Part shown: one piece after another, positions 48,993 through 60,343 of the stretch
How the letters are laid out: each line of letters starts with the position of its first letter
Numbering within the stretch: the first letter of the stretch is position 1
Assembly: GCA_965247095.1 (NCBI GenBank)
Contig: OZ251997.1
Span: 64,001 to 128,000 of the forward strand
DNA from: Candidatus Multivorans sp.
GTDB taxonomy: Bacteria > Acidobacteriota > Thermoanaerobaculia > Multivoradales > Multivoraceae
Length of the DNA: 64,000 nt
Direction: 5' to 3'
Translations under genes and position numbers: made by a program
Notes under the pieces: generated by a model
Told to the model about the DNA's origin: nothing
Database searches by the model: none
The model's input: the letters and a program-made list of their open reading frames with translations, nothing else

Positions 48993-50287
48993 GGCTTACC
49001 TCCCGCCGGCCGGAGCTGCCGGCGCAGGAACTGGAACAGATTGCCTTCGAACGAGCCGGTGGCGACCTCCTCGACCCGCAGGACGCGCGAGGCGAGCCAC
49101 AGGCAGGCGACGATCGCGGCGGCGTTCGACACCACCGTGATCCCGAGCTGCAACCAGAGCAGGTTGCCGGCGATCGCCTGGCGCAGGAGCAGCACGACGT
49201 TGACGACCGGGATGCTCGCGAGCGCCGGCGTGAACACCATGCTCGGGTCGTTCAGCACCAGGACCGGGAAGATGACGAGCAGGTAGAGCGGTGTGACCAT
49301 GGACTGGCCTTCCTTGAAGGTGCGGGCGAAGGCCGCGAGGATCATCATGCCGGCGCCGATCAGGGCGCCCAGCAACACGGCGGTGAGGAACAGGACCGGG
49401 AGCGACCTCAGGGGCAGTTCGAAGGCGAAGCCGCTTCCGTCTCCGCCGCCGATGCGGGCCAGCAGCGGCCCAAGGAAGGAGCGGAAGGATACGACCATGG
49501 CGGCCGCGTTCAGCGCGCCGGCGACGGTGCCCATGGTGGCGACGTAGAGGTACTTCGCGGTGACGATGTTGATGCGCCGGGTGGCGAGCGTGCTCGTGGT
49601 CTCCCATGTGTTCCGCTCGCGTTCGCCGGCCGTGGAGTCGATGGCCGGGTAGAGGCAGCCGTTCGCGATCATGATGACGAAGAACAGCGGGATCATCATC
49701 CCCATCACGAACTGGCCCATCTGGCGTCCGGTGGCGAGGTTGTTCGAGCGCACATCGAAGACCTTCCACTCGGCGCCGTCCAGATCGTGCTGTTCGGCGA
49801 TCCGGTCGAGCCAGGCCGAGCGCTCGGCCGAGAGGGCGCGTTCCAGGCGGCCGCGCGCGGTTTGGGACTGGTCGCTCGAGCCGTTGCTCAGAAGCGAGAC
49901 CGCGGCGTTGCCCGGGAGAGCGTCCGCAGTGGCCTCGAAGATCAGGGCGGCGTCGAGTTCGCCGGCGAGCAGGCGGTCCTCGACTTCCTCACGGTACGCG
50001 GCCGCGGCGCCGGCCGGCGCTGCTTCGACCTCCGTGATCTCCGTCCGCCCGTCGTCTTCAAGGCGCTCGAGCAGGCCCTGGTGTTCGGCGGGCAGGCCCG
50101 CGATCTCGACCCGCGAAGCGAAGCTCTCGAAGCGCGCCGTGACGAACAGGATTCCCGAGAACATGACCCACATCATCAGCGGGTACATCAACAGCGGGAT
50201 CAGGATCCCGTTGATCAGGACCGACCGCTCACGCAGGGCCGACCTGAGTTCACTCAGGTACAGGAGGCGGATGGTGGTCCAGTCCAT
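48989..50287 (-). CDS. NatB-like ABC-2 permease
   Basis: AIDSTAGERERNTWET and ARTFKEGQ; TM pattern. Confidence 0.9.
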   Translation of the reverse strand: MDWTTIRLLYLSELRSALRERSVLINGILIPLLMYPLMMWVMFSGILFVTARFESFASRVEIAGLPAEHQGLLERLEDDGRTEITEVEAAPAGAAAAYREEVEDRLLAGELDAALIFEATADALPGNAAVSLLSNGSSDQSQTARGRLERALSAERSAWLDRIAEQHDLDGAEWKVFDVRSNNLATGRQMGQFVMGMMIPLFFVIMIANGCLYPAIDSTAGERERNTWETTSTLATRRINIVTAKYLYVATMGTVAGALNAAAMVVSFRSFLGPLLARIGGGDGSGFAFELPLRSLPVLFLTAVLLGALIGAGMMILAAFARTFKEGQSMVTPLYLLVIFPVLVLNDPSMVFTPALASIPVVNVVLLLRQAIAGNLLWLQLGITVVSNAAAIVACLWLASRVLRVEEVATGSFEGNLFQFLRRQLRPAGGKP

Positions 50288-50325
50288 TCGGGTGGGAGCG
50301 GGGGCGGGCGGGAGTATAGAGGGGT

Positions 50326-51396
50326 TCAGGCCCGCTGTGCGACCTCCCAGGCCAGCCCGGCGGTGCGCGGCACGGATTCACCGACCTCCTTGGCGTGGGA
50401 GCTCGCGGCGGTGCCGTCGCGTACCCGGCCGGCGATGCCCTGGGCGATGCCAGCGCTCCGGAACAGGTTGTAGGCGAGGTAGAAGTTCCAGTGCGGAATG
50501 CCGTCGCGGCCGGTGCGCCGGCAGTACGCGTCGCGGTACTGCTCGAGGGACGGCAGGCCGAGCGCCGCCAGATCGCGGCCCTTGAGGCCGCCCTTCTCCT
50601 TCGGGATCTCCCACTGCATCGTGTGGTAGCTGAAGTCGGCCAGCGGGTGGCCGAGGGTGCCCAGCTCCCAGTCGAGGATCGCGATGACCTCGGCCCGCTC
50701 GGGGTGCAGGATCATGTTGTCGAGCCGGAAGTCGCCGTGGACGATCGTCGTCTCGTCGTCCTCCGGGATGTTCGCCGGCAACCACTCGATCAGCGCGTTC
50801 ATCGCCGGGATGTCCTGGGTTTGCGAGGCGAGGTACTGCTTCGTCCAGCGGTGGATCTGGCGCGCGAAGTAGTTCCCCGGCTTGCCGTAGGTCGAAAGCC
50901 CCACCGCCTCGTAGTCGACCGCGTGGAGCCGGGCGAGCGTCCGGTTCATCGCGTCGTAGATCGCGAACCGCTCCTTCGGTTCCATCCCGGGAAGTAGCGC
51001 CTCCCACAGCACGCGGCCGCGGACGTGCTCCATGACGAAGAACATGGTGCCGACGATCGACTCGTCGGTGCACAGGCAGTAGGTCCGCGGCACCGGCACG
51101 TTCGTGCCGCCGAGCGCCGTCATCACCCGGTGTTCGCGGTCCACCGCGTGCGCCGAAGGCAGCAGCTTGCCCGGCGGCTTGCGGCGGAGCACATAGCTCT
51201 TGCCGCTCGCCTCGAGCAGGTAGGTGGGGCAGGACTGCCCGCCCCTGAACTGCCGCACCTGGAGTTCGCCCGAGAACCCCTCGACGTGCTGTTCGAGGTA
51301 GCGCTGCAGCGGCCGGATGTCGAAGCGCAGCCGCTCCGCCACCTCCTTGGTGCCGGAGAACTTCTCCTGGCGGCCCTGGTTGTCGCTGTCCGGCAT
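50326..51396 (-). CDS. APH-like phosphotransferase (ACAD10/11 kinase-like)
   Basis: FRGGQSCPTY, VLRRKPPG..SAHAVDRE, HGDFRLDN and LDWELGTLG. Confidence 0.92.
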   Translation of the reverse strand: MPDSDNQGRQEKFSGTKEVAERLRFDIRPLQRYLEQHVEGFSGELQVRQFRGGQSCPTYLLEASGKSYVLRRKPPGKLLPSAHAVDREHRVMTALGGTNVPVPRTYCLCTDESIVGTMFFVMEHVRGRVLWEALLPGMEPKERFAIYDAMNRTLARLHAVDYEAVGLSTYGKPGNYFARQIHRWTKQYLASQTQDIPAMNALIEWLPANIPEDDETTIVHGDFRLDNMILHPERAEVIAILDWELGTLGHPLADFSYHTMQWEIPKEKGGLKGRDLAALGLPSLEQYRDAYCRRTGRDGIPHWNFYLAYNLFRSAGIAQGIAGRVRDGTAASSHAKEVGESVPRTAGLAWEVAQRA

Positions 51397-51550
51397 GGCG
51401 GTCGCCGATACTAGCCCGGTCCGGGTGTACTCTTGCTGCGGGCTCCGTCGGCGCGCGGGCGGGCACGCGCGGCGAGTCGATGGTCCGGAAGAAACAGCTC
51501 ACCGGGAGGCGTTGAACCTGGAAGAATCCGAACGACAGGGAGGGCGCCTT

Positions 51551-54142
51551 GTGAAGACGAGATGGCGACGAGACCGGTCCTGGAGCCGGCTTCGGTGTTC
51601 GGGAGGTTCGTTGCCTGCCGTCGTGGCACTCGCTCTTTCGAGCTGGGCCTCTGGGGCTGCGGCTTCACCGCAGCGGGTCATCGATTCCGGTCTGGTGGTG
51701 GGCGTGCACACGATCGGCGGAGAAACGGGGACCGGCGTCGTCGTGGGGCCGAACGAGGTCGCCACGAGCTGCAGCGTCCTCGCCGGTGCGACCGTGATCA
51801 CGGTGCATGAGGCGTGGGAACAGCACGTCGCCCGGCCTGCTGACGGCGCTCCGGCCATCCTCGCGGCTCGCGACGAGAAGGGAAGCGCGTGCGTCCTTCT
51901 CGTGGAGGAGCCCCTCTGGCGTTCGCCTCCGGTTGAGCTTGCGTCGGCCTCGCGCGTTCGGCGGGAGGATGTTGGGGCCGATGAGGAGCTCTACGGTGTG
52001 GGCGTTTCGGGGGACCAGGTGTTGACCTCGTTTCGCGTCTTCCGGTCGACCGCGCGCCGATTCGCCGATCGCCCAGGCACGAACGCTGGGGTCGGAACGG
52101 AGCCCGACGCTGGCTCCGCTGACGGCAGCTCGGGCATGCCGCCGGGTTTCCCCGGCGCAGGGTTCTTCGACGAAGAGGGCCGGCTTGTGGCCATGCTCGT
52201 CTCTCGGCCGTCCGCGAGGAAGGGAAGCGACCACGGCGGGGCGGGCGGGAAAGGGCCACCCACCTGGACAACGGTGCCGGCACACGACATCGCGACGCTC
52301 GTGGATTCTTCGGCGGAATGGCGGGTGTGTCTCGTTTCGCCGACGGTGGACTGTGTCCTGGAGGAAGCGGAGAGGGTCGCTGGCGGTTCTCAATGGGCTC
52401 TGTCGAGCTTGTCCGAGGCTCGGGAGGAATTGGGAGACCACGAGGAAGCCCGAGCCTTGTCTAGGCAATCCGATGCTGCTGCTCTACGGTCCGAGTACCG
52501 AAGTCCTAGGGACTTTGTGTCCGTTGCGCTGGAACACCTCGAGGATGGCGACGAGGCGGCTGCCCGGGAATGGCTGGTCGAGGCGAAGCGCGAAGCGGAA
52601 CGGCAGTGGGACGATGCCTACTGGCTACTCGACTTCTACGCTTGGGCAGCGTCGGCCTTGGTGAAAGCCGGCGCGGGCGGAGCTGCAGCCGATCTTGCCG
52701 GCGAGGCGCTCGAACTCGTGAACGACAAGAACGGACGGGATCGGACACTTGGGGCTGCCGCGAGGGTGCAGGCCGGTGCCGGTCAGGTCCGGGCGGCGAT
52801 TGGCACGGCCCAGTCGATCATCGATGCGGAGCATCGCCGGTACGTTTTCGGAGAGATGAGTCGGGCACTGCTTGAGTCAGGAGACCTGGAGGGCGGCTCC
52901 TGGGTCGCTGAGCAGATCGAGGATCCTGGATACCGCACCTATGTACTGGAGAGAGCCTTCGCGACACTTGCCGGCCGCGGAGACATTGCGACCGGGCTCC
53001 GAATGGTGCGAGAAGCTAGCGATTCGCGAACACGGGACGCCCTCCTTGGAGAGGCAGTCGATGCGCTGACCGAAGCGGGTGAAGTCCAGGCGGCCCTGGA
53101 ATTCGCGTTGCAGATCGAGGATTCCGCGGACCAGGCATCGGCACTGAGTTGGGTGGCCGAGTCCCAGGCCGAAGCTGGGAGTTTCCAGGAGGCCTGGCGA
53201 ACCGTCGAGTGGATCAAGTCGTTGGAGGTCCCTGCGCGCTACGGGTCGATCACCTGCGGAGCGGAACCTTACTGTGCGGCTGTTGCCACAGTTGCAGGGA
53301 TCACGGCCCGGGCAGGGGACTTCGCGGCGGCCTTCGCGGCCCACGAGCTGGTGGAGCGGCCCCGCGACCGGATACACGTTCTGGCGGAGGTGGCGGTCGC
53401 CAAGGAAGCGCCGGGAAGCGCCGTGTTTCGAGCCGCCGTACTGGAGTTGGCCGATTCCGTCACGGTGGACGACACAGCAGGCTTGCAGGACATCGCCGTG
53501 GCGCAAGCCGCGGCGGGCGACTACGCCGGCATGGACGTTACGATCCAGAAGATCGCCGGCAACACCTGGGTAGATCGGGGGTCAGGGGACTTGACCGACG
53601 ATCCGGCGCTGAATCCTCGCAGGACCGATGCCTCGCTCTGGCGAATCGCCAGAGTGCACGCCGCCGCGGGGAGCTTCGAAGAGGCGCTCCGGTCCGTGAA
53701 CCGCGTCGGAAGCGCCTTTGGGCGCGTGTATCTGCTGGCCGAAGTCGCCGGGGCCCAGGCACAAGCTGGTGAACCGGAAGCTGCCCGGACAACCCTGGCG
53801 GCTGCTGTCGGCTTGTACGAGCGTCTGAGCGGTGCCGAAATCACGAGGTGTTGCGCCGGCACGCATCCCTTGATCTTCGCCCTGGAAGCGATCGGCCACG
53901 CGCAGGCGAAGGCTGGTCTTCTCGACCTGGCGCTCGAGACGGTCGGCAGGTTGGAGATCCCCGAGGGCGAAACCAGTTGGGCGGTCCTGAAGATCGTCCA
54001 TGCCGCGGTTGTCCGCGGCGACTTCGTATTCGCACTCCGGGCACAGAGCGTGATGGACAATGATGCGATTGAGGCGCTCATCTACATCGCCCGGGGACTG
54101 GCGGGTCTGCCGCCAGGTGAGTTGCCCTTCAGAATCGACTAG
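51551..54142 (+). CDS. Secreted protein with degenerate trypsin-like domain and TPR/HEAT-like helical repeats
   Basis: Signal-like segment; GTGVVVGPNEVATSCSVL..GAGFFDEEGRLVAM; repeated A..QA.AG....A....I units. Start uncertain. Confidence 0.65.
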   Translation: MKTRWRRDRSWSRLRCSGGSLPAVVALALSSWASGAAASPQRVIDSGLVVGVHTIGGETGTGVVVGPNEVATSCSVLAGATVITVHEAWEQHVARPADGAPAILAARDEKGSACVLLVEEPLWRSPPVELASASRVRREDVGADEELYGVGVSGDQVLTSFRVFRSTARRFADRPGTNAGVGTEPDAGSADGSSGMPPGFPGAGFFDEEGRLVAMLVSRPSARKGSDHGGAGGKGPPTWTTVPAHDIATLVDSSAEWRVCLVSPTVDCVLEEAERVAGGSQWALSSLSEAREELGDHEEARALSRQSDAAALRSEYRSPRDFVSVALEHLEDGDEAAAREWLVEAKREAERQWDDAYWLLDFYAWAASALVKAGAGGAAADLAGEALELVNDKNGRDRTLGAAARVQAGAGQVRAAIGTAQSIIDAEHRRYVFGEMSRALLESGDLEGGSWVAEQIEDPGYRTYVLERAFATLAGRGDIATGLRMVREASDSRTRDALLGEAVDALTEAGEVQAALEFALQIEDSADQASALSWVAESQAEAGSFQEAWRTVEWIKSLEVPARYGSITCGAEPYCAAVATVAGITARAGDFAAAFAAHELVERPRDRIHVLAEVAVAKEAPGSAVFRAAVLELADSVTVDDTAGLQDIAVAQAAAGDYAGMDVTIQKIAGNTWVDRGSGDLTDDPALNPRRTDASLWRIARVHAAAGSFEEALRSVNRVGSAFGRVYLLAEVAGAQAQAGEPEAARTTLAAAVGLYERLSGAEITRCCAGTHPLIFALEAIGHAQAKAGLLDLALETVGRLEIPEGETSWAVLKIVHAAVVRGDFVFALRAQSVMDNDAIEALIYIARGLAGLPPGELPFRID

Positions 54143-54166
54143 ATACCGCCGCCGCTCCAGCAGCGC

Positions 54167-56207
<2,041 letters not shown>

Positions 56208-56356
56208 AACCATAGCAGTCGATAGCAGTCGAGGAATTCGGGACGGGTCGCTCGCAGGCGCCTCAGGCCAACAGGCCGGGATCCCCCCAGGTGGGTAGAA
56301 TCGGCCGCTAGAGGGTTGCGCCAAGCGCGCGCCGTAAATCCCTCAGACACCACAGC

Positions 56357-59032
56357 ATGTACATGGACCCCATCGACAAGGCGCGCCAGGACATCGACCC
56401 CGCGGAAACGGCCGAGTGGCTGGAAGCCCTGGAAGCGGTGATGGAGCGGGAAGGCCCTGATCGCGCCCACTACCTGCTCGAGGCCCTGGTCGAGAAGGCG
56501 CGCCGGTCCGGCGCCTACCTCCCCTACAAGGCGACGACCGCCTACCTGAACACGATCCCGGTGCACGGGCAGGCGCCGTCGCCGGGTGACGCTGATCTCG
56601 AGTGGCGAATCCGCAGCATCATCCGCTGGAACGCGATGGCGATGGTGGTGCGGGCCAATCACGACTACGAGGGCCTCGGCGGGCACATCGCGTCATTTGC
56701 CTCCGCCGCGACGCTCTACGACGTGGGCTTCAACCACTTCTTCCACGCTCCCTCCGAGGACCACGGCGGCGACCTGGTCATGATCCAGGGCCATTCCTCA
56801 CCCGGGATCTATGCCCGCGCCTTCCTCGAGGGGCGACTGAGCGAGGAGGACCTGCTCAGTTTCCGGCGCGAGGCGGGGCCGGGAGGCCTCTCGTCCTATC
56901 CGCATCCCTGGTTGATGCCGGACTTCTGGCAGTACCCGACGGTGTCCATGGGGCTCGGGCCGCTGATGGCGATCTACCAGGCCCGGTTCATGAAGTACCT
57001 CCACGACCGGGGTCTGCTCGACACCGAGCGCCGCAAGGTCTGGGCCTTCATGGGCGACGGCGAGATGGACGAGCCGGAGTCGCTGGGCGCCATCTCGCTG
57101 GCCTCGCGGGAGAACCTCGACAACCTGATCTTCGTCGTCAACTGCAATCTGCAGCGGCTCGACGGGCCGGTTCGCGGCAACGGCAAGATCATCCAGGAAC
57201 TCGAGGCGGTCTTCCGGGGCGCCGGCTGGAACGTGGTCAAGGTGGTCTGGGGGTCGTACTGGGATCCGCTGCTCGCCCGCGACCGCCATGGACTGCTGCG
57301 GCGGCGCATGGAGGAGGCGGTCGACGGCGAGTACCAGGCGTACAAGGCGAGCCAGGACGGCGGCTTCGTGCGCGAGCACTTCTTCGGCAAGTACCCGGAA
57401 CTCAAGGCGATGGTGGCCCACCTCACCGACGAGGACATCTGGCGCCTCAACCGCGGCGGCCACGACCCGCACAAGATCTACGCCGCCTACGCCGCGGCCG
57501 TGAAGCACACCGGCCAACCGACGGTGATCCTGGCCAAGACGGTCAAGGGCTACGGCATGGGCGAGGCCGGTGAGGGAATGAACATCACCCACCAGCAGAA
57601 GAAGATGGGGCTGCGGGCGCTGACCGGCTACCGGGACCGTCTCGACATCCCGGTCTCGGACGAGGAGCTGGAGGAGACCCCCTTCTACCGTCCGCCGGAC
57701 GACAGCCCGGAGATCCGGTACATGAAGGAGCGTCGCGAGGCGCTGGGCGGCTTCCTCCCGGCGCGGGCTTTTGCCGCCACGCCGCTCGCAGTGCCCGAGC
57801 TCGCCGCTTTCGACGCCCTGCTGCGGTCGAGCCGCGGGCGCGCCTTCTCCACGACGATGGCGTTCGTGCGCCTGCTGACGCTGCTCACGCGGGATCCTGC
57901 GATCCGCAACCGCCTGGTGCCGATCGTCGCCGACGAGGCGCGCACGTTCGGCATGGAGGGCATGTTCCGGCAGCTCGGCATCTACGCCCCCACCGGGCAG
58001 CTCTACGAACCGGTTGACGCGCACAAGATCGCGCCCTACAAGGAGGCCCGAGACGGACAGATGCTGCAGGAGGGGATCAACGAGGCCGGGTCGCTCTGTT
58101 CCTGGATGGCGGCCGGAACCTCTGCCGCCAACCACGGGTTCCACATGATCCCGTTCTTCATCTTCTACTCGATGTTCGGGTTCCAGCGCGTCGGCGACCT
58201 GATCTGGGCCGCGGCCGACATGCAGGCGCGGGGATTCCTGATCGGCGGCACGTCGGGGCGGACGACGCTCAACGGGGAGGGCCTGCAGCACCAGGACGGC
58301 CACAGCCATCTCGCCGCGTCGACGGTGCCGAACTGCGTCTCCTACGACCCGACCTACGCCTACGAACTCGCGGTGATCCTCCAGGACGGCCTGCGACGGA
58401 TGTACGCCGAGGAAGAGCCGGTCTTCTACTACCTGACGACGCTGAACGAGAACTACGAACACCCCGGGATGCCCGCGGGCGCCGAAGACGGCATCCGTCG
58501 CGGCCTGCACCGGATCCGGCCCGGTTCGCGCCACCGCCGGCGCGCGACCCTGCTCGCCTCGGGCGCGATCCTGCGCGAGGCGGTGGCCGCGGCCGAGATG
58601 CTGGAGGCGGACTGGAAGGTGTCCACGGAAGTCTGGTCGGCGACCAGTTTCAACGAGCTGCGCCGCGACGGCCTGGAGGTCGAGCGCTGGAACCGGCTCC
58701 ATCCCGGCGAGGAGAAAAGAACCTCCTACGTGCGCGAGTGCCTCACCGGGCGCGGCGGCGTCACCGTCGGCGCGAGCGACTACATGAAGGTCTTCACCGA
58801 CCAGATTCGGGCCTTCGTGCCCGGACCGTACCGGACGCTCGGCACCGATGGCTTCGGCCGCAGCGACACCCGCGAGCAGTTGCGCTCCTTCTTCGAGGTC
58901 GACCGCAGGCACATCGTGGTCGCGGCGCTCGCCTCCCTGGCCGACAACGGAGAAGTCGAATCCGAGGCGCCGGCGAAGGCCATTGCGGCGTACGGCATCG
59001 ACCCGAACGCACCGAACCCGGCCACCGCGTGA
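56357..59032 (+). CDS. aceE: Pyruvate dehydrogenase E1, homodimeric type
   Basis: DIDPAETAEWL, GGHIAS, SSYPHPWLMP, GDGEMDE..NCNLQRLDGPV and NGEGLQH. Confidence 0.97.
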   Translation: MYMDPIDKARQDIDPAETAEWLEALEAVMEREGPDRAHYLLEALVEKARRSGAYLPYKATTAYLNTIPVHGQAPSPGDADLEWRIRSIIRWNAMAMVVRANHDYEGLGGHIASFASAATLYDVGFNHFFHAPSEDHGGDLVMIQGHSSPGIYARAFLEGRLSEEDLLSFRREAGPGGLSSYPHPWLMPDFWQYPTVSMGLGPLMAIYQARFMKYLHDRGLLDTERRKVWAFMGDGEMDEPESLGAISLASRENLDNLIFVVNCNLQRLDGPVRGNGKIIQELEAVFRGAGWNVVKVVWGSYWDPLLARDRHGLLRRRMEEAVDGEYQAYKASQDGGFVREHFFGKYPELKAMVAHLTDEDIWRLNRGGHDPHKIYAAYAAAVKHTGQPTVILAKTVKGYGMGEAGEGMNITHQQKKMGLRALTGYRDRLDIPVSDEELEETPFYRPPDDSPEIRYMKERREALGGFLPARAFAATPLAVPELAAFDALLRSSRGRAFSTTMAFVRLLTLLTRDPAIRNRLVPIVADEARTFGMEGMFRQLGIYAPTGQLYEPVDAHKIAPYKEARDGQMLQEGINEAGSLCSWMAAGTSAANHGFHMIPFFIFYSMFGFQRVGDLIWAAADMQARGFLIGGTSGRTTLNGEGLQHQDGHSHLAASTVPNCVSYDPTYAYELAVILQDGLRRMYAEEEPVFYYLTTLNENYEHPGMPAGAEDGIRRGLHRIRPGSRHRRRATLLASGAILREAVAAAEMLEADWKVSTEVWSATSFNELRRDGLEVERWNRLHPGEEKRTSYVRECLTGRGGVTVGASDYMKVFTDQIRAFVPGPYRTLGTDGFGRSDTREQLRSFFEVDRRHIVVAALASLADNGEVESEAPAKAIAAYGIDPNAPNPATA

Positions 59033-60333
59033 GCGAACCCATTCGCATCGTCGTTCCCGACATCGGCGACTTCGACCAGGTCGACGTCGTCGAGGTCCTG
59101 GTGGGCGTCGGCGACGAGGTGTCGGTCGACCAGTCGCTGATCACGCTGGAGAGCGACAAGGCGTCGATGGAGGTGCCGTCGCCGACGGCGGGCCGGGTGG
59201 TCGAGATCGCCGTCGCGATCGGCGGTCAGGTCGCCGAGGGCGATCTGATCCTTACGATCGAGGCCAGCGACGCGCCGGTGGAGGACCAGGTGGCGCGTGA
59301 GGACACGGCCGAAGCTGCAGCTTCGCCTGATGCACCGCCGGCCGCACCGGCGCCCGCCGCGGAACCCCCGCAGCCGTCGTCGCGCGGACGCCGCCCGCCG
59401 CCGCCAGCCCCCCCGGCCCCGCCCGCCGGCTCGACCCCGCCCCACGCCAGCCCCGCGGTGCGGCGGTTCGCGCGCATGCTGGGCGTCGATCTGCGGAGGG
59501 TCTCCGGCACCGGCGCCAAGGGGCGGATCCTGCGTGAGGATGTCGAAGGCTTCGTCAAGGAGGCGATGGCCGGCGGCGGGCCCCAGGCTGCGGGGGCCGG
59601 CATCCCGCCGGTCCCGGAGATCGACTTCTCGAAGTTCGGGCCGGTCGAGTCGAAGCCGCTCAGCCGCATCCGCAAGCTGGCGGCTGCGAACCTCCATCGG
59701 AGCTGGCTCAACGTGCCGCACGTCACCCAGCACGACGAGGCCGACATCACGGAACTCGAGGCCTTCCGCCGGACGCACCTCGAGGAGGCCCGCGAGCGCG
59801 GCGTTCGGCTCACCGTGCTGGCCTTCCTGATGAAGGCGGTTGCGGCGTCCCTGGCCGAGTTCCCGGAGATGAACTCGTCGCTGGCGCCGGACGGCGAGTC
59901 GCTGATCCTCAAGCGCTACTTCCACCTGGGGGTTGCCGTCGACACCCCGGACGGCCTGGTTGTGCCCGTCGTGCGCGATGTGGAGCGCAAGAGCGTCTAC
60001 GAGCTGGCTGGGGAGCTGGCCGAGGTCAGCGGCCGCGCGCGCGAGCGCAAGCTGCGGCCCGCCGACATCCAGGGCGCCACCTTCACGATCTCGAGCCTGG
60101 GCGGCATCGGCGGCACGGCCTTCACGCCGATCGTCAACGCGCCGGAGGTCGGGATTCTGGGCGTCTCGCGCTCGGTGCGACGGCCGGTCTACGTCGGCGC
60201 CGGGCTGGCGCCCCGGTTGATGCTGCCGGTCTCGCTTTCCTACGACCACCGGGTGATCGACGGCGCCTACGCGGTCCGCTTCACGACCCACCTGTGCTCG
60301 GTGCTCGCCGACATCCGCCGGGTCGTGCTCTGA
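59029..60333 (+). CDS. aceF: Dihydrolipoamide acetyltransferase E2 with one lipoyl domain
   Basis: GTG overlaps the aceE stop; ESDKASMEVP, HASPAVRR, TISSLGG and SYDHRVIDG. Confidence 0.95.
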   Translation: MSEPIRIVVPDIGDFDQVDVVEVLVGVGDEVSVDQSLITLESDKASMEVPSPTAGRVVEIAVAIGGQVAEGDLILTIEASDAPVEDQVAREDTAEAAASPDAPPAAPAPAAEPPQPSSRGRRPPPPAPPAPPAGSTPPHASPAVRRFARMLGVDLRRVSGTGAKGRILREDVEGFVKEAMAGGGPQAAGAGIPPVPEIDFSKFGPVESKPLSRIRKLAAANLHRSWLNVPHVTQHDEADITELEAFRRTHLEEARERGVRLTVLAFLMKAVAASLAEFPEMNSSLAPDGESLILKRYFHLGVAVDTPDGLVVPVVRDVERKSVYELAGELAEVSGRARERKLRPADIQGATFTISSLGGIGGTAFTPIVNAPEVGILGVSRSVRRPVYVGAGLAPRLMLPVSLSYDHRVIDGAYAVRFTTHLCSVLADIRRVVL

Positions 60334-60343
60334 CGCTGGCGCA

